NCBI GenBank assembly: GCA_947363565.1
Contig: CANAPP010000012.1
Span: 423-64,422 of the forward strand
Origin: an uncultured Lachnospiraceae bacterium
GTDB lineage: Bacteria > Bacillota > Clostridia > Lachnospirales > Lachnospiraceae
Reading direction: 5' to 3'
Length of the DNA stretch: 64,000 bases
Shown here: piece after piece, positions 58,170-64,000 of the stretch
Layout: every line of letters starts with the position of its first letter
Position numbering within the stretch: position 1 is the stretch's first letter
Position numbers and translations under genes: made by a program
Notes under the pieces: generated by a model
Seen by the model: only the letters and a program-made list of their open reading frames with translations
The model's database searches: none
Told to the model about the DNA's origin: nothing

Positions 58170-59150
58170 CTACACATAGCCGTATATGCCGCGGACCGAC
58201 ACTTCCCCGGCAAAAACGCGCCTCCTCTGGCCATCGGGCAGCCTGACAATAAGCTCCCCGACTTGATCGATCCCCTCCGCGACGGCTATGTATTCATTGC
58301 CCGGCTCCAATACCTTGACTTCCTGCCCGCAGTTCACTAAGACTGCATCATATGCCTTTTTAAGCCCCGACAGGTCTCCGGACACAAGAAATGTCTCATA
58401 ATTTTTTTCAAACCGCTCCATCACCGCCGCGATGATCTCCGACCGCCGGTAGACCTTATCCGTCTCGCCGCAAAGCGATGCCGCCATCCCGGCAAGCTCC
58501 CCCGGGAACTGCCGTTGATTTACATTAATGCCGACGCCGATCACTACATAATTGACATACATCATCTCCGTCGCCATCTCTGTCAGTATCCCGCATACCT
58601 TTTTTTTATTGATCACGATATCATTCGGCCACTTGATCTTTGCATCGGCGCCCGTCACCTCACGGACCGCCTCAGCCACGCTCAGCCCCATGACCAGCGT
58701 CAGCATCGGCGCCCGGCTCGGCGTAATCGACGGCCTTAAGAGAATCGTCATATAGATGCTCTCTCCCGGCGGCGAACTCCATGTCCGTCCTCTCCTGCCC
58801 TTTCCGGCGCTCTGTCTGTCTGCAATAAAAAGTGTCCCGTGGATACCGCCCCTCTCACCAGAATCCTTTGCACGGTTATTCGTAGAATCTACCTCATCAA
58901 AATATATCACCCTGTTTCCCGCCCAGCATGTCTTAAGCAGGCTGCTGATCTCCGCCTCAGAGATGACATCCGGCGAACTGATCAGCCGATAGCCCCTGTT
59001 CCTTACGGCTTCAATCCCGTATCCCTCTTTCTTAAGCTGCTCCATCACCTTCCATATAGAGGTTCTTGACACCTTAAAATCATCACATAACTGCTGTCCG
59101 GAAATATATGTATCGCTCTCCTTTAATAATCGCAATATCTCATTTTTCAT
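58170..59150 (-). CDS. birA: bifunctional biotin ligase/repressor
   Basis: wHTH; STN, QSAGKGRRGR, KWPND, KVCGIL. Confidence 0.95.
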   Translation of the reverse strand: MKNEILRLLKESDTYISGQQLCDDFKVSRTSIWKVMEQLKKEGYGIEAVRNRGYRLISSPDVISEAEISSLLKTCWAGNRVIYFDEVDSTNNRAKDSGERGGIHGTLFIADRQSAGKGRRGRTWSSPPGESIYMTILLRPSITPSRAPMLTLVMGLSVAEAVREVTGADAKIKWPNDIVINKKKVCGILTEMATEMMYVNYVVIGVGINVNQRQFPGELAGMAASLCGETDKVYRRSEIIAAVMERFEKNYETFLVSGDLSGLKKAYDAVLVNCGQEVKVLEPGNEYIAVAEGIDQVGELIVRLPDGQRRRVFAGEVSVRGIYGYV

Positions 59151-59253
59151 AAATTTTCATCCCTTACACAGACACTATAATGCGACACCATTACCTCGTC
59201 AATACGCAGTAATGGTGTCTTAAAAATCATGATCTTTGTTCTGTTTGTTCCGT

Positions 59254-60204
59254 TTACTCTTCTTTCTCTCCTACTTCCACAACGGACTTCACCAGTCCGG
59301 CAATGCTCTGAATCTCAGATGGGATGATTATCTTCGTCGCCTTGCCGTCCGCTGCTTTCTCAAACGCCTCTAAGCTCTTCATCGTAAGGACCGCCTCGTC
59401 CGCTCCCGCATCCTTCAGGAAACGGATACCGTCTGCGTTCGCCTGCTGCACCTTAAGAATAGCCTCCGCCTCACCTTCCGCCTGACGGATCATGGCTTCC
59501 TTCTGAGCCTCGGCACGTAAAATCGCCGCCTGCTTCTCCGCCTCGGCATCGAGGATCGCCGACTCCTTATTACCTTCCGCAACAAGGATTGTAGACTTCT
59601 TCTCACCTTCCGCCCGCAGGATGGCCTCACGTCTCTCACGCTCTGCCTTCATCTGCTTCTCCATGGCATCCTGGATGGCTGCCGGCGGGATGATATTCTT
59701 AAGCTCCACACGGTTCACCTTGATTCCCCACGGGTCTGTCGCCACATCAAGCGACGCACGCATCTTCGTGTTGATCGTCTCTCTGGAGGTCAGTGTCTGG
59801 TCCAGCTCCAGATCACCGATAATGTTACGCAGTGTCGTCGCGGTCAGATTCTCGATAGCCATGATCGGATTGGCAACCCCATAACAGAACATCTTCGGGT
59901 CAGTAATCTGGTAAAAGACTACCGTGTCAATCCTCATCGTTACATTATCCTTCGTGATGACCGGCTGCGGTGCAAAATCAACCACCTGCTCCTTAAGGTC
60001 AACCTTCCTTGCCACCCGGTCAAGAATCGGCATCTTAAAGTGAAGCCCTGTGCCCCACGTCGTCTGGTACGCTCCGAGTCTCTCTATAACCAATGCCTGC
60101 GCCTGCCTTACGATCCTGATACACGACGTCAGGATCACCAGCAGTACAACAACCACGAACACCCAAAACAAACTGATAATTACGCCAACTATGCTACTCA
60201 TCAT
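59254..60204 (-). CDS. SPFH/band-7 protein (QmcA-like)
   Basis: ERLG.Y, VITKDNV, QMKAERERR. Confidence 0.93.
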   Translation of the reverse strand: MMSSIVGVIISLFWVFVVVVLLVILTSCIRIVRQAQALVIERLGAYQTTWGTGLHFKMPILDRVARKVDLKEQVVDFAPQPVITKDNVTMRIDTVVFYQITDPKMFCYGVANPIMAIENLTATTLRNIIGDLELDQTLTSRETINTKMRASLDVATDPWGIKVNRVELKNIIPPAAIQDAMEKQMKAERERREAILRAEGEKKSTILVAEGNKESAILDAEAEKQAAILRAEAQKEAMIRQAEGEAEAILKVQQANADGIRFLKDAGADEAVLTMKSLEAFEKAADGKATKIIIPSEIQSIAGLVKSVVEVGEKEE

Positions 60205-60639
60205 CTAGTCCTCCTTCTTCCTTACAATCAGTTTGACACCTTGTATTCCTTCAACTACTACAACGGCATCCTTTTCAATCCTTCCGTCCGGTTCATCCGT
60301 CTTCGCCGACCACTCCTGTCCGCTTACCTCAACTTTGCCCTCGGCCTTGAGCGTATCGATATCCCAGGTCACCAGGCCGGTATGCCCGATCAGGCTCTCC
60401 GCATTCGTCTTCTGCCTCTCCTGATTAAAATACTTCACCGCTATGGGCCTTGTCATCACTAGAAGTACAATAGACACCGCAAGAAACACGACTACCTGGA
60501 CGGTAACCCCGAAGCCGATCACCCCTGCAAGGAAAGCCGCCAGTGCTCCTCCCGCAAACCAGATGGTCGTAAGCCCCATCGTCACAATCTCAATGATCAG
60601 CAATACTACGAATATCCCCAGCCAATATACTGTCTGCAT
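60205..60639 (-). CDS. NfeD family membrane protein
   Basis: TM helices plus OB fold (G..WSA), adjacent to SPFH. Confidence 0.9.
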   Translation of the reverse strand: MQTVYWLGIFVVLLIIEIVTMGLTTIWFAGGALAAFLAGVIGFGVTVQVVVFLAVSIVLLVMTRPIAVKYFNQERQKTNAESLIGHTGLVTWDIDTLKAEGKVEVSGQEWSAKTDEPDGRIEKDAVVVVEGIQGVKLIVRKKED

Positions 60640-60774
60640 ATTCTTCCCTCTTTTCTAATGCCTTAGTATCAGTATCTCTTATTTTTGATTTTACTATACT
60701 TTTTCTGAGAAAGCAATGATTCGGCTTTAATGTAATATTAATGTAACAGGAATGTAATAGTTGCTGTATTCTGC

Positions 60775-61566
60775 TTAATCTGCCCGCCGCTGCCTGGCCG
60801 CCTCAAACATCAGTACTGATGCCGCTACTGCGGCATTCAGAGATTCCACCTGCCCGCACATGGGTATCCTGATATACCGGTCGGCACACCCCGCGACCTC
60901 TTCCCTCAGCCCGTTCCCTTCATTTCCGATAAGAAACGCGCTCTTTCCGCGGTAATCTGCCTTATCGTAAGCACAACTCCCTTCAAGATGCGCCGCATAA
61001 ACACATATCCCTTCTGCTTTAAGCTCCCGGACCGTCTCCGGCAGATCGTCCACGTACGTAAACGGCACGCGGTATACCGACCCCATCGTGGAGCGTATCG
61101 TCTTCGGATTATAGACATCCACACAGCAGCCGCTCATGATGATGCCGGTTATCCCCGCCCCCTCTGCTGCTCTTATCATCGTCCCCAGATTCCCGGGATC
61201 CTGGATATTATCAAGAACCAAAAGCAGCGGGTCCTCTCCCCCGCACACTTCCCGGGGCGTCATCTGTCTCTGCCTTACCACGCATAGGATCCCCTGGGGA
61301 GTCTTCGTGTCGGAGACATGCGAAAAGACCGGGTCTGAAAGAATCTCAGCCCGGATACCGGCATCCGCCGCACGCCTTTCCACCAGCTCTTTCTCTTTTT
61401 CAAAAAATGACTGCGCCGCATAAATCTCCAACAGCCCCCCGTGCGGCGCTTCCCTAAACATCCGGATGCCCTCCACGAGGAATATCTTCTCGCTGTCTCT
61501 CAGTTTTTTCTTCTTTTTTAGATTTACCAGACGCTTTACCTTCACATTTGCCGTACTCGTAATCAT
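60775..61566 (-). CDS. TrmH/SpoU RNA methyltransferase
   Basis: IQDPGNLGT, GNEGNG, ESLNAAVA. Confidence 0.93.
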   Translation of the reverse strand: MITSTANVKVKRLVNLKKKKKLRDSEKIFLVEGIRMFREAPHGGLLEIYAAQSFFEKEKELVERRAADAGIRAEILSDPVFSHVSDTKTPQGILCVVRQRQMTPREVCGGEDPLLLVLDNIQDPGNLGTMIRAAEGAGITGIIMSGCCVDVYNPKTIRSTMGSVYRVPFTYVDDLPETVRELKAEGICVYAAHLEGSCAYDKADYRGKSAFLIGNEGNGLREEVAGCADRYIRIPMCGQVESLNAAVAASVLMFEAARQRRAD

Positions 61567-61617
61567 ACCAAAACTCCTGCCTTCTGCCTGATCTGCCCAA
61601 AGGTACCGATACGGCAT

Positions 61618-62307
61618 CTACACCTTGAACCGGTACCCCACGCCCCAGATCGTCTCGATATACTGTGGATTCGAGGTGTCAAGCTCCACCTTCTCGCGTA
61701 TCTTTTTGATATGCACAGTGACCGTAGCAATATCGCCGATAGACTCCATATCCCAGATCTCGCGGAACAGCTCTTCCTTTGTATATACATGGTTCGGATG
61801 GCTGGCAAGGAAGGTAAGGAGATCAAACTCCTTCGTCGTAAAGGTCTTCTCCTCGCCGTTGATCCACACCCGGCGCGCTGTCGTATCAATCTTAAGCCCC
61901 CGGATCTCGATCACTTTATTCTTCTGCGCCGCACTTCCTGTCAGGCGGTCATAGCGCGCCAGATGCGCTTTCACCCGCGCCACCAGTTCGCTCGGGCTAA
62001 ACGGCTTTGTCATATAATCATCCGCCCCGAGGCCAAGCCCTCGGATCTTATCAATATCATCCTTTTTCGCCGACACCATGATGATCGGCGTATTCTTTTC
62101 CTCCCTCACCTGCCTGCAAATGTCAAACCCATCTACTCCCGGCAGCATAAGGTCGAGGATAAACAGATCATAATTCTCCTTCAATGCTTTATGAAGCCCG
62201 CTCTCCCCGTCGTTAGCCACCTCAACCTTAAATCCGCTCAGCTCCAGATAATCCTTTTCAAGATCAGCAATCGCCTCTTCGTCTTCCACAATCAAAATCT
62301 TACTCAT
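61618..62307 (-). CDS. OmpR-family response regulator
   Basis: VEDE, LDLMLP, GADDY.TKPF, wHTH. Confidence 0.95.
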   Translation of the reverse strand: MSKILIVEDEEAIADLEKDYLELSGFKVEVANDGESGLHKALKENYDLFILDLMLPGVDGFDICRQVREEKNTPIIMVSAKKDDIDKIRGLGLGADDYMTKPFSPSELVARVKAHLARYDRLTGSAAQKNKVIEIRGLKIDTTARRVWINGEEKTFTTKEFDLLTFLASHPNHVYTKEELFREIWDMESIGDIATVTVHIKKIREKVELDTSNPQYIETIWGVGYRFKV

Positions 62308-63796
62308 TTACCGGCACCTCCTGATATTTTCTAAGGACAAAATACATCGTCGTCCCCGTCTCCTCCCTGCTTGTCGCCCAGATCTTACCGCCGTGCTCCT
62401 CGATGATCTTTTTCACGATTGAAAGCCCGATGCCGCTTCCGCCCTTCGACGAATTGCGCGAGGCATCCGAACGGTAAAACCGGTCAAAGATATTCGGCAG
62501 ATCCTTTGCCGCAATTCCTTTTCCGTTGTCCTCCAGCTCGATCTGGACGAAATCTCCCACATCCTTTACCCTGAGATTGATCTTTGCCTTCGGCTTATCC
62601 ATATATTTTAACGAATTGTTGATAATGTTGTGGACAACCCGCTTGATCTGCTCTGCGTCAGCGATAACCTTAACCTCCGTGTCCACATAATTGAAAAACC
62701 CAAATTCGACATTTTTCGACTCAAGCTCTAACGATACATCCTCCGCACAGTCATTAAAATACTCATTTACCGAAATAATATTAAAATTATACGGGATCCT
62801 GTTCGTGTCAATCTTCGAGTAAAAGGTCAGCTCATTGATCAGCGTATCCATCTCATTCGCCTTATTGTAAATGGTCCGGATATACTTATCCATCTTCTCA
62901 GGCGTATCCGCCACGCCGTCCATGATTCCTTCCGCGTACCCCTTGATAGCCGTCACCGGCGTCTTAAGGTCATGGGAAATGTTGCTGATCAGCTCCTTAT
63001 TCTCCCGGTCGAACGTAACCTTTTCCTCCGCGTTGCTCCTTAAGCGCTTGCGCATATCCTCAAGATCCATGCAGAGCTGGCCAAGCTCGTCGTCCGCCTC
63101 CGGGCAAAGCTCAAAGTCGAGATTGCCTTCCTTGATATTCTCCGTCGCCGCCCGCATCTTCTTAAGCGGCCCCATAACTCCCCGGTAGATCCAGACAACT
63201 AAAAGACACGCGCTTAAGATCAGCACGATGATAATGCCAAAAAGCATATCGATGAAAAACTGCTCCACCTCCGGGATCATATTGCTGACATCCGTGACGA
63301 TAAATGCGCTTCCTTCCTCGCCGTCCGGATAACGGAAATCCACCTGCCTGACTAACGCCTGTGCCTCGCCGCCGAAATACGCAACATTTTCAACGGGAGC
63401 GTCCTCCTCGCCGTAGGGCGGGAGCTGTCCGATCACATGCTCCGCCTCATCCGAATCCGCTCCGATAAAAATAATCGTCTCATCCTTGCGCACAAGCAGA
63501 TACGTCTTTTTGTCCCTCAGGCTATGATTAAATTCTTTCAGATAGGTCGCATCCTCCATATGCTGCGGGCTGTCCTTCACCATCTGCTTAAGCTCCCGGT
63601 AAGGCTTCTCCGCCAGCCGCGCAAGCACCTCCGTCGAGTTCGACAGAGACTCCACCGTCGTACCGCTGATCCCGTATGCCTTATCAATAGCCCCGAGCTG
63701 CAGCTTTGCAAACACAACGACCAGCGTAACCGACAGAATAATCGGTATAATCGTAATTGTCAAGAATGCAATCAAAAGCCGGTTCCTCAACTTCAT
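62300..63796 (-). CDS. HAMP sensor histidine kinase
   Basis: SHDLKTP, DNGKG, GSGIGL. Confidence 0.95.
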   Translation of the reverse strand: MKLRNRLLIAFLTITIIPIILSVTLVVVFAKLQLGAIDKAYGISGTTVESLSNSTEVLARLAEKPYRELKQMVKDSPQHMEDATYLKEFNHSLRDKKTYLLVRKDETIIFIGADSDEAEHVIGQLPPYGEEDAPVENVAYFGGEAQALVRQVDFRYPDGEEGSAFIVTDVSNMIPEVEQFFIDMLFGIIIVLILSACLLVVWIYRGVMGPLKKMRAATENIKEGNLDFELCPEADDELGQLCMDLEDMRKRLRSNAEEKVTFDRENKELISNISHDLKTPVTAIKGYAEGIMDGVADTPEKMDKYIRTIYNKANEMDTLINELTFYSKIDTNRIPYNFNIISVNEYFNDCAEDVSLELESKNVEFGFFNYVDTEVKVIADAEQIKRVVHNIINNSLKYMDKPKAKINLRVKDVGDFVQIELEDNGKGIAAKDLPNIFDRFYRSDASRNSSKGGSGIGLSIVKKIIEEHGGKIWATSREETGTTMYFVLRKYQEVPVNE

Positions 63797-64000
63797 AAAC
63801 CATCCCCCGAATCAAATCTTGTCTTGTCAAAGAAAAGTATAGCACGAAAAAAGGCGCTTCACACCAAAGCGCCCATAAACATTTATTAAATTTCTATAAA
63901 ACCGGTTCACTCTCTTGCAGGAAATCTGCGCTTATTCCAAATACCCTTTCAGCGCCTCAGCCTTATCCAACTTCTCCCAGGGCAGCTTAACATCCGTACG

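Overview
A 64 kb chromosomal window from a moderately GC-rich Clostridiales bacterium, probably Lachnospiraceae (inferred from gene content). From left to right: (1) an AT-richer type II-A CRISPR-Cas locus (tracrRNA-cas9-cas1-cas2-csn2, minus strand; csn2 is cut by the window edge and no array is in the window). (2) Core genes (purC, T-box-tyrS). (3) An ~11 kb accessory strip of small GNAT, kinase and membrane genes interleaved with many gene stubs, including an in-frame GNAT/Bsr-like deaminase fusion. (4) larC-larE. (5) A cell-envelope cluster: a DivIVA-like / glucosaminidase-M23 / SipW-type peptidase operon, a BIG2-NlpC/P60-like protein and VanW. (6) An AT-richer island just downstream of an atypical guaA whose glutaminase domain has degenerated. 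(7) Housekeeping genes (murI, ARG-box-preceded carB, lysS fused to an HD hydrolase, greA, dusB, coaX, birA, SPFH/NfeD, TrmH, a two-component pair). The best candidate for an undescribed system is the island's recombination operon. It encodes a catalytically dead resolvase-like protein, a serine recombinase lacking the usual Zn-ribbon/coiled-coil module, and two stand-alone proteins that share a novel domain with the recombinase C-terminus. All family assignments come from motif recognition by eye; no searches were run.
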